A DNA stretch of 64,000 bases from an uncultured Phenylobacterium sp. (GTDB taxonomy: Bacteria > Pseudomonadota > Alphaproteobacteria > Caulobacterales > Caulobacteraceae), in assembly GCA_966096115.1 (NCBI GenBank), contig CBHTUE010000002.1:9162-73161 (forward strand). Reading direction: 5' to 3'. Shown in pieces: positions 40,617 through 50,070 of the stretch; the stretch's first letter is position 1, and each line of letters begins with the position of its first letter. A model generated the notes under the pieces. The model saw nothing but the letters and a program-made list of their open reading frames with translations, was not told the DNA's origin and did no database searches. The position numbers and the translations under genes are program-made.

Positions 40617-42857
40617 TCAGATCGTGGTGCGAGCCCGCAGCAATACCATGCCGAAGGCAGGCGCCGCGCTGGCCCACTGCTGCTCCACCTGCCAGCCGGC
40701 CGAGGCCGCCAGCCCGGCGAAGCCTTCCAGGGTGAACTTGTGCGAGTTCTCGGTGTGCAGCGTCTCGCCGGCCGCGAAGCGGAACGCGCGCCCAGCCACG
40801 TGCACCGTCTGATCCCGCAGGCTCATCAGGTGCATCTCGATGCGGCTGTCTACGTCGTTCCAGACGGCCCGGTGGGCGAAGGCGTCCAGGTTGAAGTCCC
40901 CGCCCAGTTCGCGGTTGATCCGCGAGAGCAGGTTCTTGTTGAACGCCGCGGTGACGCCCAGCGCATCGTCATAGGCCGCCACCAGGGTGGCGGTGTCCTT
41001 CACCAGGTCGATGCCGACCAGGAAGGCCGCGCCCTCGCCCAGCAGGCGTCGCGCGCCGACCAGGAAGGCGCGCGCCTCGTCCTTGGTGAAGTTGCCGATG
41101 GTGGAGCCGGGGAAGAAGCCCACGACCGGGCGGCCCTCAGTCTCCTGCGGCAGGCGCAGGGCGTTGGTGAAGTCGTCGCGCAGCGGGGCGACCGCCAGCT
41201 TCGGGTAGTCCGCGCGGATCGCCTTGGCCGCGCCCTCCAGCGCCGAGGCGCTGATGTCGATGGGGGCGTAGACCGCCAGCTGCGGGGCGGCGTCCAGTAG
41301 GATGCGGGTCTTGGTGCTGGCGCCGGAGCCGAACTCCACAAGCGCCGCGCCGTCGGGAATGTGGGTCGCGATCTGGCTCGCCGCGTCGCGCAGCAGCGCG
41401 ATCTCGGTGCGGGTGGGATAGTATTCGGTCAGTTCGGTGATGGCCTCGAACAGGCGCGAGCCCTCGGCGTCGTAGAAGTGCTTCGGCGGGACCTGCTTCC
41501 GCGGCCGGGCCAGGCCCGCCACGATATCGGCCTCGAAGTCCGAGACCCGCGCCCCCTCGCCCGCCCCGTCCAGGGCAAGGCGCAGTCCGGAGAACATCCA
41601 GCGCTGGTGGGGGTAGAAGAAGTTGCGGTAGCTGGCGCGCACGTGGCCGGTGGGCGTCACGCAGGCCCCGCCGCGCAGCACGAACTGGCCGGCCATGAAC
41701 TTGCCGTTGTACTCGCCGACCGCGCCGGCCGGGGGCTTGAAGCCCGGATAGGGCAGATAGGCGCTGCGGGTCCATTCCCAGAGGTCGCCGAACATCTGCC
41801 GCAGGCCTGGGCCTGCTGTCGCCGGCTGGGCGGCCAGGCGGCCGGACCCCTGGAACTCGCCCTCGACCGCCACGGAGGCGGCGGCGTGCTCCCACTCGGC
41901 CTCGGTGGGCAACCGGGCGCCGGCCCAGGCGGCGTAGGCGTCGGCCTCGTAGTAGCTGAGGTGGCTGACGGGCGCGGCGGGATCCAGCGGGCGCAGGCCG
42001 TGCAGGCCCATCACCTTCCAGCCGTCATCGGCCTCGCGCCAGTAGACGGGCGCCTGCCAATCCTCCGCCTTGACGACCGCCCAGCCCTCGGAGAGCCAGA
42101 ACTCGGGGCGGGCGTAGCCGCCATCGGCCATGAAGGCCAACCACTCGGCGTTGGTCACCAGCCGGTCGGCCAGGCGGAACGGCTCGAGCCAGACGCGATG
42201 GCGCGGACCCTCGTTGTCGAACGCGAAGCCCCCCGCTCCGGGCTGGGGTCCCTGATGGCCGATCTCCACCAGCCCGCCCTGAAAGGCGACGTAGTCGAGC
42301 GGCGTGGCTGGCGCGCCGGAAGGGGCGCGCGGCGGCGCGAAGGCGGGGGCCAGGGGCGACTGGGCGAACAGGTGCAGGATGTCCATCAGGATCAGCTCCT
42401 GATGCTGCTCCTCATGCGCCAGGCCCAGGTCCAGCAGGTCGGCGAGGTCACCCGCGCCGTCGGCCAACAGCCGCGCCATGCCGGCGTCGACGTGGGCGCG
42501 GTAGGCCAGGACGTCGGCGGCGGACGGTCGGGTGATCAGTCCGCGCGCCGGCCGCGGCTGCCGCGGCCCGACGGCCTCGTAGTAGGAATTGAACAGGTAG
42601 CCGAACTTGGGATCGAACAGCCGATAGCCCGCCAGGTTCGGAACCAGCATGAAGGTCTCGAAGAACCAGGTGGTGTGCGCGAGGTGCCATTTGGTCGGGC
42701 TGGCGTCGGCCATCGACTGGGCGGCCATGTCCTCGGGCGTCAGCGAGCGGGTCAGGGCCTCGGTGGCGCGCCTCAACCTCTGGTAACGGTTGAGCGCTGC
42801 CGACGAAGAGGCCGGAACGGCGCGCGTGGGCGCGGCGGGACGTTCGGTTTCGCGCAT
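40617..42857 (-). CDS. egtB/egtD: Ergothioneine biosynthesis sulfoxide synthase EgtB fused to histidine N-alpha-trimethyltransferase EgtD
   Basis: KWHLAHTTWFFE, FNSYY, HEEQHQEL, FGE-sulfatase-like domain; then PKHFYD, EYYPTRTE, EFGSGASTKT, FPGSTIGNF, TENSHKF in one frame. Confidence 0.9.
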   Translation of the reverse strand: MRETERPAAPTRAVPASSSAALNRYQRLRRATEALTRSLTPEDMAAQSMADASPTKWHLAHTTWFFETFMLVPNLAGYRLFDPKFGYLFNSYYEAVGPRQPRPARGLITRPSAADVLAYRAHVDAGMARLLADGAGDLADLLDLGLAHEEQHQELILMDILHLFAQSPLAPAFAPPRAPSGAPATPLDYVAFQGGLVEIGHQGPQPGAGGFAFDNEGPRHRVWLEPFRLADRLVTNAEWLAFMADGGYARPEFWLSEGWAVVKAEDWQAPVYWREADDGWKVMGLHGLRPLDPAAPVSHLSYYEADAYAAWAGARLPTEAEWEHAAASVAVEGEFQGSGRLAAQPATAGPGLRQMFGDLWEWTRSAYLPYPGFKPPAGAVGEYNGKFMAGQFVLRGGACVTPTGHVRASYRNFFYPHQRWMFSGLRLALDGAGEGARVSDFEADIVAGLARPRKQVPPKHFYDAEGSRLFEAITELTEYYPTRTEIALLRDAASQIATHIPDGAALVEFGSGASTKTRILLDAAPQLAVYAPIDISASALEGAAKAIRADYPKLAVAPLRDDFTNALRLPQETEGRPVVGFFPGSTIGNFTKDEARAFLVGARRLLGEGAAFLVGIDLVKDTATLVAAYDDALGVTAAFNKNLLSRINRELGGDFNLDAFAHRAVWNDVDSRIEMHLMSLRDQTVHVAGRAFRFAAGETLHTENSHKFTLEGFAGLAASAGWQVEQQWASAAPAFGMVLLRARTTI

Positions 42858-43008
42858 GCAGACTCCCGTCAGTCGGCTGCTCGCCAGCCTGATCCCTGCC
42901 GCCCATGTGGGGGCAGGTCGCCCGGCTCACAACGCGTTCTCGCCAGCGTTGGCTGCATCTGGCGGCGAAGAACAGCGGAATTCGGACGTCATCACCCTTC
43001 GCGCCTGC

Positions 43009-43033
43009 GGAACAGACAGGACGGGCCTGCGTT
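43009..43033 (+). promoter_or_regulatory. sigmaT/EcfG-dependent promoter
   Basis: GGAAC-N16-CGTT, exact match to the alphaproteobacterial general stress sigma consensus, 60 nt upstream of the ECF sigma gene. Confidence 0.8.
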
Positions 43034-43093
43034 TCAACCCCCGCTGGCGGACGGCGCGAACGACCGGTCAGGGCGGCCGGACAAGGGGACTAT

Positions 43094-43633
43094 ATGAACG
43101 CGGTCGTTAGTTGGCGCGACGAGGTCGTGGGCATGATCCCTGCGCTCAGAGCGTTCGCCTGGTCCCTCTGCCGCAACGGATCCGACGCCGACGACCTGGT
43201 GCAGGACACCCTGATCAAGGCCTGGACCAATCGTGACAAGTTCGAGCCCGGCACCAACCTACGCGCGTGGTTGTTCACGATCCTGCGCAATACCTACTAC
43301 ACCCACGTGATGCGCCGCCGCCGCGAGGTGCGCGACGAGACCGGGGAGTACGCTGAAACGCTGACGACGCCGCCGACCCAGGAATGGTCTGTCGCCATGC
43401 ACGCCCTGCAGGCGGCCCTGCAGGAGCTGCCGCCTGAGCACCGCGAGGCGCTGATCCTGGTGGGCGCGGCCGGCCTCTCCTACGAGGAGGCGGCCGAGAT
43501 CTGCGGCTGCGCGCTCGGCACCATCAAGAGCCGCGTGAACCGCGCCCGCGCACGCCTGCTGAAGATCATGGACGCCGAGGACGCCAGCGACGTCATGGCT
43601 CTCGAGAGCGAGCAGGCGATGGGCACGGCTTAG
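43094..43633 (+). CDS. ECF sigma factor of the EcfG/sigmaT group (SigU-like)
   Basis: IPALRAFAWSL, DADDLVQDTL, GTNLRAWLFTILRN, SYEEAAEICGCALGTIKSRVNRAR. Confidence 0.9.
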   Translation: MNAVVSWRDEVVGMIPALRAFAWSLCRNGSDADDLVQDTLIKAWTNRDKFEPGTNLRAWLFTILRNTYYTHVMRRRREVRDETGEYAETLTTPPTQEWSVAMHALQAALQELPPEHREALILVGAAGLSYEEAAEICGCALGTIKSRVNRARARLLKIMDAEDASDVMALESEQAMGTA

Positions 43634-43754
43634 CCGCCGCCTCCAGCTCGTCCACCACCCGCAGGACATGCGCCGGCGCCGGCCGGGCCTCGAGCGTACG
43701 GAACAGGCTGGTCAGCGCGCGGTCCAGGACCGCCGCGCGGCGTCGATCCGACAT
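43593..43754 (-). CDS. Putative 53-aa NepR-like small protein (not in ORF track)
   Basis: MSDRRRAAVLDRALTSLFRTLEARPAPAHVLRVVDELEAAAKPCPSPARSREP; G-rich SD; helix-Pro-helix pattern resembling NepR. Confidence 0.5.
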   Translation of the reverse strand: MSDRRRAAVLDRALTSLFRTLEARPAPAHVLRVVDELEAAAKPCPSPARSREP

Positions 43755-43780
43755 TGAACCCCCCGAACATCCCGCGGCGG

Positions 43781-43810
43781 AGTCTAGCCCGGTTCAGAAC
43801 GCCCCGTCAG
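43781..43810 (-). promoter_or_regulatory. Possible housekeeping (sigma73-type) promoter for the small ORF
   Basis: CTGACG-N16-GCTAGACT on the minus strand versus Caulobacter consensus TTGACS-N16-GCTANAWC. Confidence 0.35.
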
Positions 43811-43835
43811 TCGGCCAGTCGCCGCAGGCCGCCGA

Positions 43836-45569
43836 CTACTTGTCCTCCGCCGGATAGACCACCGGCAGCACCAGGGCCGTCGGGTGGGCCTCGTCCATAT
43901 AGATGGTGTTGGTCGCCACGCGCGGCGCGCCCTTGCCGCCGGTGTTGGGATTCACGTCGAAACGCGGGGCGTTCGAGGACGTGATGTGCAGCGCGATGCG
44001 GTGGCCTTTCTCGAAGGTGATCGCCGTCGGCCACAGGTCGATGGTGAGCTTCTCCGGCGCGCCCGGCGTCATCGGCTTCACGTCCTCGGGCAACCGGCCA
44101 TTGCGGAACTTCGTGCGGATCGGCGCGTCGAGGACCAGGGCCTCGTAGCCGTCCGGATAAACGTCGACCAGCTTCGCCATGAAATCGGTGTCGGGGCCGT
44201 CGGTGGCGGCGTAGAGCTCAACCTTCACCGGTCCGGAGATCACCACGTCCTTGTCCAGCGGCGGGGTGGCGAAGCGCAGGTAGTCCTGCCGCTTGGGGAT
44301 CTGCCGCTGGTCTTCGGGGCCCCGCTCGAACGTCAGGTTGGCGCCGCCGAAGGTGGGGACCGGGTTGGCCGGGTCGAACGTGTAGCTGACCTTCGTCTCG
44401 CCCGCCTTGGGCGGCGTGGCGCTGAGATCGTCGCCGCCGCTCGGATAGAGGCGCACCTCGCGGTAGGCCGGCGGCCAATTGGCGGCGCTCAGCATGCGGT
44501 TCTTCGGCGAATAGGCGCCCTTCCGGGCCCCGGCCATCATGAAGTAGCGGACCGGCGGCTCGTCCATGATCCCGTTCTGGACGCCCTTCAGCCAGTAATC
44601 GAACCAGCGGATCTCCTGGTCGCCGCCCAGGGTCAGGCGGTCGCTGCCGGGATAGGCCAGGTCGCCCGACAGCGCGCCGTGGCCGAAGGGGCCCATCAAG
44701 AGCTTCTGGTTGCCCCGCGCGCCCGCCGCGCCCTGGTTCTGCAGGTATTCGAAGTTGTCGACGGTGCCGCCGTTGAAGATGTCGTACCAGCCGCCGACGT
44801 GGAACGTCGGGATGCGGATGTACTTGCGGTTCGTGGTCATAGCCACGCGGTTCCAGCTCACGTCGTCGAACGCGCGCGCCTTGGTGCGGGCCAGCACCTG
44901 TTCCGACGTCCCCTGCCCGCGCAGCCAGCCGATGGTGTCCTTGTCCTTCAGGACGCCGCCCGGATAGCTGTAGGAGAGCCGGTCGGCGGGGGCGACGACC
45001 ACATAGTTGGCCACCAGGTGCGGCGGGGCAGCCAGCGCGGCGGAGTTGGCGGTGATGCCCAGGGCCGAGCCGCCGGTCATGCCGACCTTGCCGTTGCTCC
45101 AGGGCTGCGCAGCGGCCCACTCGACCGCGTCGTAGCCGTCCTCGATGTCGTTCTCGAAGGCGGCGTAGAAGCCCTGGCTGCGTCCCTTGCCGCGGACGTC
45201 CTGCAGCACGAAGACGAAGCCGGCGTCGGTGTAGCGTTTGGCCTGGTCGGCGAAGCGCTTGCGGACGGCCTCGCCCTTGGGGTCCTTCTCAGGATCGATG
45301 GCGCCGTCCTTCAGGTAGGGCGTGCGCGACAGCACCACGGCCCACGGGCCAGTCCCCTGTGGCTTGAAGACGTTGGCGGCCAGCCGGGTCCCGTCGCGAA
45401 GCGCCATGTATTCCTCGACCGCGCCGGGCGGCAGGCCGGGCCACTTCGCCGGCTTGGCCGCGGCCGCGGCGGGCTTCGACTTCGCCGCCTGGGCCATCAC
45501 CGGCGGGGCGGCGGCCGAGAGCGTCAGCGCCGCCACCGAGGCAAGCGCGATCGCGCGGATCCTGATCAT
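43836..45569 (-). CDS. Secreted CocE/NonD family hydrolase (peptidase S15-like)
   Basis: SD GGAGG, signal peptide; RTPY, DVRGKGRSQG, GGSALG nucleophile, GGWYD, GPFGH. Confidence 0.9.
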   Translation of the reverse strand: MIRIRAIALASVAALTLSAAAPPVMAQAAKSKPAAAAAKPAKWPGLPPGAVEEYMALRDGTRLAANVFKPQGTGPWAVVLSRTPYLKDGAIDPEKDPKGEAVRKRFADQAKRYTDAGFVFVLQDVRGKGRSQGFYAAFENDIEDGYDAVEWAAAQPWSNGKVGMTGGSALGITANSAALAAPPHLVANYVVVAPADRLSYSYPGGVLKDKDTIGWLRGQGTSEQVLARTKARAFDDVSWNRVAMTTNRKYIRIPTFHVGGWYDIFNGGTVDNFEYLQNQGAAGARGNQKLLMGPFGHGALSGDLAYPGSDRLTLGGDQEIRWFDYWLKGVQNGIMDEPPVRYFMMAGARKGAYSPKNRMLSAANWPPAYREVRLYPSGGDDLSATPPKAGETKVSYTFDPANPVPTFGGANLTFERGPEDQRQIPKRQDYLRFATPPLDKDVVISGPVKVELYAATDGPDTDFMAKLVDVYPDGYEALVLDAPIRTKFRNGRLPEDVKPMTPGAPEKLTIDLWPTAITFEKGHRIALHITSSNAPRFDVNPNTGGKGAPRVATNTIYMDEAHPTALVLPVVYPAEDK

Positions 45570-45686
45570 CGTGGTGGTCCCTCCGCGGGTCTTCGCGCCC
45601 GCCAATCCCCAAATGCGCCGTCATCTAAGCATGCGTCGTGGCGCTCGTCCTTTCCGCTCCGAAATCCAGGCGCTAAGACGCGGGCC

Positions 45687-46913
45687 ATGGATCGCCTGCA
45701 CGCCCAAGCCCTCGACGACGACGACCCGCTGGCCGGGTTCCGCGAGGCGTTCGAGCTGCCCGCAGGCGTGATCTACCTGGACGGCAACTCCCTGGGCGCC
45801 CTGCCCCGCGCCACGGCGCCCAGGCTGGACGACCTGATCCTGCGCGAGTGGGGCCAGGACCTGATCACCAGCTGGAACAAGGCCGGCTGGATCGACGCGC
45901 CGCAACGGGCCGGCGCCAAGCTGGCCAAGCTGACCGGCGCCAACCCCCGCGAGGTCGTCGTCGCCGACTCCACCTCGGTCAACCTGTTCAAGCTGGCGGC
46001 CGGCGCCCTGTCGCTGCGGCCCGGCCGCAAGACGATCATCACCGAGATCGGCAACTTCCACACCGACGTCTATGTGCTGGAAGGCCTGTCGGCGATCGCC
46101 GGGGCGACCCTGAGGATCCTGCCGCGCGACCAGGTGGTCGCCGCCATCGACAAGTCCACGGCGCTGGTCGCCCTCACCCACGTGCACTACGCCACGGCCG
46201 AGCGCTGGGACATGAAGGCCGTCACCGCCGCCGCCCACGCCAAGGGCGCGCTGATGCTGTGGGACCTGTCGCACACCGCCGGCGCCATCCAGTGCGACCT
46301 GAACGGCTGCGATGCCGACCTGGCGGTGGGCTGCGGCTACAAGCACCTGAACGGCGGTCCCGGCGCGCCGGCCTTCCTGTACGTCGCCGAGCGGCACCAG
46401 AAGGACATCCGCTCGCCGCTGTCGGGCTGGATGGGCCACGCCGAGCCGTTCGCGTTCGAGCCGCGGTTCCGGCCCGCCGCCGACATCCGCGCCCAGCTTT
46501 GCGGCACGCCGCCGATCCTGGGTATCGCGGCCCTGGAGTGCGGCCTGGACCTGCTGCTGGAGGCCGACCGGGCCCACGCCGAGGCCAAGGGGCTGGCGCT
46601 GTGCGAACAGTTCATCGCGGACGTCGAGGCGCGCTGCGCCGGGCATGGCCTCAAGCTGATCGGCCCGCGCGACGTGCGCCAGCGCGGCCTGCACGTCTCG
46701 TTCGCGCACCCTGAGGCCTACGCCCTGGTGCAGGCCCTGATCGCCCGCGGCGTCATCGGCGACTTCCGCGACCCGGATATCGCCCGCTTCGGCTTCCCGC
46801 CGCTCTACGTCAGCCACACCGACGTCTGGGACGCCGTCGAGATCCTGGCCGAGGTGCTGGAGACGCGGGCCTGGGACAATCCCGACTATCGCGCACGTGC
46901 GCTGGTGACGTGA
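45687..46913 (+). CDS. kynU: Kynureninase
   Basis: DPLAGFREAF, YLDGNSLG, DSTSVNLFK, WDLSH, GCGYKHLNGGPG. Confidence 0.93.
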   Translation: MDRLHAQALDDDDPLAGFREAFELPAGVIYLDGNSLGALPRATAPRLDDLILREWGQDLITSWNKAGWIDAPQRAGAKLAKLTGANPREVVVADSTSVNLFKLAAGALSLRPGRKTIITEIGNFHTDVYVLEGLSAIAGATLRILPRDQVVAAIDKSTALVALTHVHYATAERWDMKAVTAAAHAKGALMLWDLSHTAGAIQCDLNGCDADLAVGCGYKHLNGGPGAPAFLYVAERHQKDIRSPLSGWMGHAEPFAFEPRFRPAADIRAQLCGTPPILGIAALECGLDLLLEADRAHAEAKGLALCEQFIADVEARCAGHGLKLIGPRDVRQRGLHVSFAHPEAYALVQALIARGVIGDFRDPDIARFGFPPLYVSHTDVWDAVEILAEVLETRAWDNPDYRARALVT

Positions 46914-47002
46914 CCTCGCGTCAGGGGTGATTGGCGCTTGGGCCGCGTTCGGGTAGCAGGTTCCGCGAAGATGGGACGCGCGAAGAGCCCGCACGAGGAA
47001 AC

Positions 47003-48559
47003 ATGTCCGACGATATCAAGGTCCTGATCGATATCCCCCGCGTCCATGGTCGCGGCCAGGGCGACAAGGTGGCCGTGGCCTTCGAGGGCCGCGACCTGAC
47101 CTACGCCGAGCTGGATCGGCGGTCCGACCAGGTGGCGGCGATGCTGCAGGAGTTGGGCGTGAAGCCCGGCGACCGGGTGGCCTGGCTGGGGCGGCCGAGC
47201 GAGGCCTGGTACGAAATCTTCTTCGGCACGGCCAAGGCGCGGGCCTGCTTCGCGCCGATCAACTCAAGGCTGGCGGTCCCCGAGATCGCCTTCATCCTGA
47301 AAGACAGCGCCGCCAACGTCTTCTTCGTGACGCCGGAGTTCTACGACTGCGCGGTGACGGTGGCCGAGCATGCCGGGCGGCCGATCCAGGTGGTGGCGGT
47401 GGGCGGCGGCCATCCCGTCTTCGGCGACTACGCCGCGATGCGCGACGCCGCCGGAACGCCGACGCTGACGGCCCCGCAGGCCGACGACGACGTGCTGCAG
47501 CTCTACACCTCCGGCACCACGGGCCTGCCCAAGGGCGTGCGGCTTTCCAATGCCAACTATTCCGCCTTCCTGGCGCTGCGCAGCCAGGTCGAGGGCTTCG
47601 ACTACGGCCCCGATGACACCGTGCTGATCCTGATGCCGATGTTCCACGTGGCCGGGACCAACATCAGCTTCTCGGGCCTCGCCTCGGGCGGCCGCATCGT
47701 GCTGCAGGCCGAGTTCGCGCCGCCCAAGGTGCTGGAGGCCATCGCCGCCGAGCGGGTCGCCCACGCCTTCCTGGCGCCTGTCATGATCAACGCCTTGCTG
47801 CAGACCCCCGGCGTCGAGGCGACCGATTTCGCAAGCCTGAAGACCATCAGCTACGGCGCCTCGCCGATCTCCGAGGCGGTGCTGGCCAAGGCCACCCAGA
47901 CCTTCGGCTGCGGCTTTATCCAGTTCTACGGCATGACCGAGACCACCGGGGCCGGCACGACGCTGGCGCCCGGCGAGCATCGCGGCCAGCTGATGCGCTC
48001 CTGCGGCCGGTCCTGGGCCACGCTGGAGACCCGCATCGCCGACGAGAACGGCAATGAGGTCGCGGTGGGCGAGATCGGCGAGATCGAGATCCGCGGGCCG
48101 ATCGTCATGGCCGGCTACTGGAACCGGCCGGAGGCCACCGCCGAGACCATCCGCCCGGATGGCTGGCTGCGCACCGGCGACGCCGGGTTCATGGACGCCG
48201 ACGGCTTCTTCTTCGTCCACGACCGGGTGAAGGACATGATCGTGTCGGGCGGCGAGAACGTCTATCCCGCCGAGGTGGAGAACGCGATCCTGGGCTGTCC
48301 GGGGGTGGCCGACGCCGCCGTCATCGGCGTGCCGGACGAGCGCTGGGGCGAGGCGGTGAAGGCCATCGTGGTGCGCGGCGCCGGCCAGGACCCGAACCCG
48401 GCCGACATCATCGCCTACGCCCGCGAACGGATCGCCGCTTACAAGGCGCCGAAGTCCGTCGACTTCATCGACGCCCTGCCCCGCAACCCCTCGGGCAAGG
48501 TGCTGCGCCGCGAACTGCGGAAGCCCTACTGGGAAGGCCGCGACCGCAAGGTGGGCTAA
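47003..48559 (+). CDS. Long-chain fatty acid-CoA ligase (AMP-binding)
   Basis: YTSGTTGLPKG, YGMTE, TGDAG, RVKDMIVSGGENVYPAEVE, GKVLR. Confidence 0.93.
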   Translation: MSDDIKVLIDIPRVHGRGQGDKVAVAFEGRDLTYAELDRRSDQVAAMLQELGVKPGDRVAWLGRPSEAWYEIFFGTAKARACFAPINSRLAVPEIAFILKDSAANVFFVTPEFYDCAVTVAEHAGRPIQVVAVGGGHPVFGDYAAMRDAAGTPTLTAPQADDDVLQLYTSGTTGLPKGVRLSNANYSAFLALRSQVEGFDYGPDDTVLILMPMFHVAGTNISFSGLASGGRIVLQAEFAPPKVLEAIAAERVAHAFLAPVMINALLQTPGVEATDFASLKTISYGASPISEAVLAKATQTFGCGFIQFYGMTETTGAGTTLAPGEHRGQLMRSCGRSWATLETRIADENGNEVAVGEIGEIEIRGPIVMAGYWNRPEATAETIRPDGWLRTGDAGFMDADGFFFVHDRVKDMIVSGGENVYPAEVENAILGCPGVADAAVIGVPDERWGEAVKAIVVRGAGQDPNPADIIAYARERIAAYKAPKSVDFIDALPRNPSGKVLRRELRKPYWEGRDRKVG

Positions 48560-50001
48560 GGGCCCGCCGCCACCTCGCGCTCGCGGTCGAGCGGTTCCGG
48601 ACGTGGCCGGGGCACGAGCTTCAGGCGCGACAGGCTCACCACCGCGGCGACCGCCGCCAGGACGGCCGACGTCACCAGGGCCGTGGTCGCGGCGTTTGTT
48701 CCGGCCAGGTGGAAGAAGACCGCCGTCGTCACCGCGCCGGCGGTCTGGCCCAGCAGGCGCGCGGTGGCCAGCGCCCCGCCGGCCGCGCCGCTGCGGTGCA
48801 TCGGTGCCGAGGTGACCATGGCCCGGTTGTTCGGCGACTGGAAGAAGCCGAAGCCCAGGCCGCACAGCGCCATGCGCCAGATGATGTCGAGGTCGGATGT
48901 GTGCGGGCCGATCATCGAGAGCGCCGCCAGGCCGAGCGCGAACGCCGTGAGCCCGATGCCGCCCAGCGTCCCGACCCGGTGACGGTCGGCGAGGCGTCCG
49001 GCGATCGGCGCGGCGATCCCCACCGCCAGGGGCCAGGGCGTCATCAGCAGGCCGGTCGCCACGGCGCTGCGGCCCAGCACCGTCTGGAAGTAGAACGGCA
49101 GCGCCACGAAGGCCGTCATCTGGGCGGCGAAGGAGACAATCGAGGTGGCGATGGAGAGGCCGAAGATCGGGATCTTCAGCAGGTCGAAGGGCACCAGCGG
49201 CGACTCGCGCCGCAGCTCGCGCCAGCCCAGCACGACACCGGCGGCCACGCCAACCGCCAGCTTCGACAGGCCGGCAGCCAGCCCTTCGCGGGCGACGCTT
49301 TCCGCCCCGGTGATCAGGAAGCCGAAGGTGAGCGCGTTGAGCAGCGCCGAGAACCAGTCGAAGGGGCGCGACGATCCGACCGTGCGTGGCAGGGCCCGGC
49401 TGGCGACGGTGATCGCCACCAGGCCGATCGGCACATTGATCGCGAACAGCCACTCCCAGGAGGCGACGCCCAGTATCGCCGCCGCGACCGTCGGCCCAAT
49501 GGCCGCGGCGACCGAGATGACCAGGGCATTGTAGCCGATGCCGCGTCCCAGCAGCCGCTTCGGATAGGTGAACCGCACCAGCGCCGAGTTGATGCTCATG
49601 ATCCCGCCGGCGCCGAGACCCTGGAAGATCCGCGCCACGGTCAGCTCGGCCAGGGTGTGCGAGAGGGCGCAGCCCAGCGAGCCCAGGGTGAACACCGCCA
49701 GGCCCACCATGTAGACCCGCCGGTACCCCAGCCGGTCGCCCAGGGCGGCCAGAGGCAGGAGCGTGACCGTGATCGCCAGCTGGTAGGCGTTGACGATCCA
49801 GATCGACGAGGCGGCGCTGGCGTTCAGCTCACGCGCGATGGTCGGCAACGCCACGTTGGCGATGCTCCCGTCCAGCACGGTCATGGTCATGGCCAGCCAG
49901 ATCGCCGCCACCGACCAGTAGCGGCGCGGAACCGGCAAGCCGTCCGCCACTCCCGCCGGCGAATGAGCGTCGCTGTCGGGAGGTGCGGAGGGCGCGGCCA
50001 T
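48556..50001 (-). CDS. MFS transporter, DHA2 (14-TM drug/H+ antiporter-like)
   Basis: LDGSIANVALP, GDRLGYRR, WLFAINVPIG, FQSPNN. Confidence 0.92.
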   Translation of the reverse strand: MAAPSAPPDSDAHSPAGVADGLPVPRRYWSVAAIWLAMTMTVLDGSIANVALPTIARELNASAASSIWIVNAYQLAITVTLLPLAALGDRLGYRRVYMVGLAVFTLGSLGCALSHTLAELTVARIFQGLGAGGIMSINSALVRFTYPKRLLGRGIGYNALVISVAAAIGPTVAAAILGVASWEWLFAINVPIGLVAITVASRALPRTVGSSRPFDWFSALLNALTFGFLITGAESVAREGLAAGLSKLAVGVAAGVVLGWRELRRESPLVPFDLLKIPIFGLSIATSIVSFAAQMTAFVALPFYFQTVLGRSAVATGLLMTPWPLAVGIAAPIAGRLADRHRVGTLGGIGLTAFALGLAALSMIGPHTSDLDIIWRMALCGLGFGFFQSPNNRAMVTSAPMHRSGAAGGALATARLLGQTAGAVTTAVFFHLAGTNAATTALVTSAVLAAVAAVVSLSRLKLVPRPRPEPLDREREVAAGP

Positions 50002-50070
50002 GGCCCTCACCTAGGCCTGTCGGACGGCGCGCTCAATCGCCGAGGCACGCCGCCGGCTGTGGGTCGGCCG

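Noticed and set aside
40617-42857. Selenoneine (SenA) or ovothiol (OvoA) pathway
   Set aside because: No selenophosphate synthetase or SenB-like glycosyltransferase nearby, and the fused methyltransferase has EgtD motifs rather than the OvoA C-terminal type
43884-45686. Apparent 1009-aa fusion ORF ending in kynureninase
   Set aside because: The N-terminal 601 codons are antisense to the CocE/NonD gene; the real kynU begins at ATG 45687
45687-46913. PLP enzyme near egtBD as the missing EgtE C-S lyase
   Set aside because: It carries kynureninase-specific motifs (YLDGNSLG, GCGYKHLNGGPG) and is separated from egtBD by unrelated genes; moonlighting cannot be excluded but has no support here
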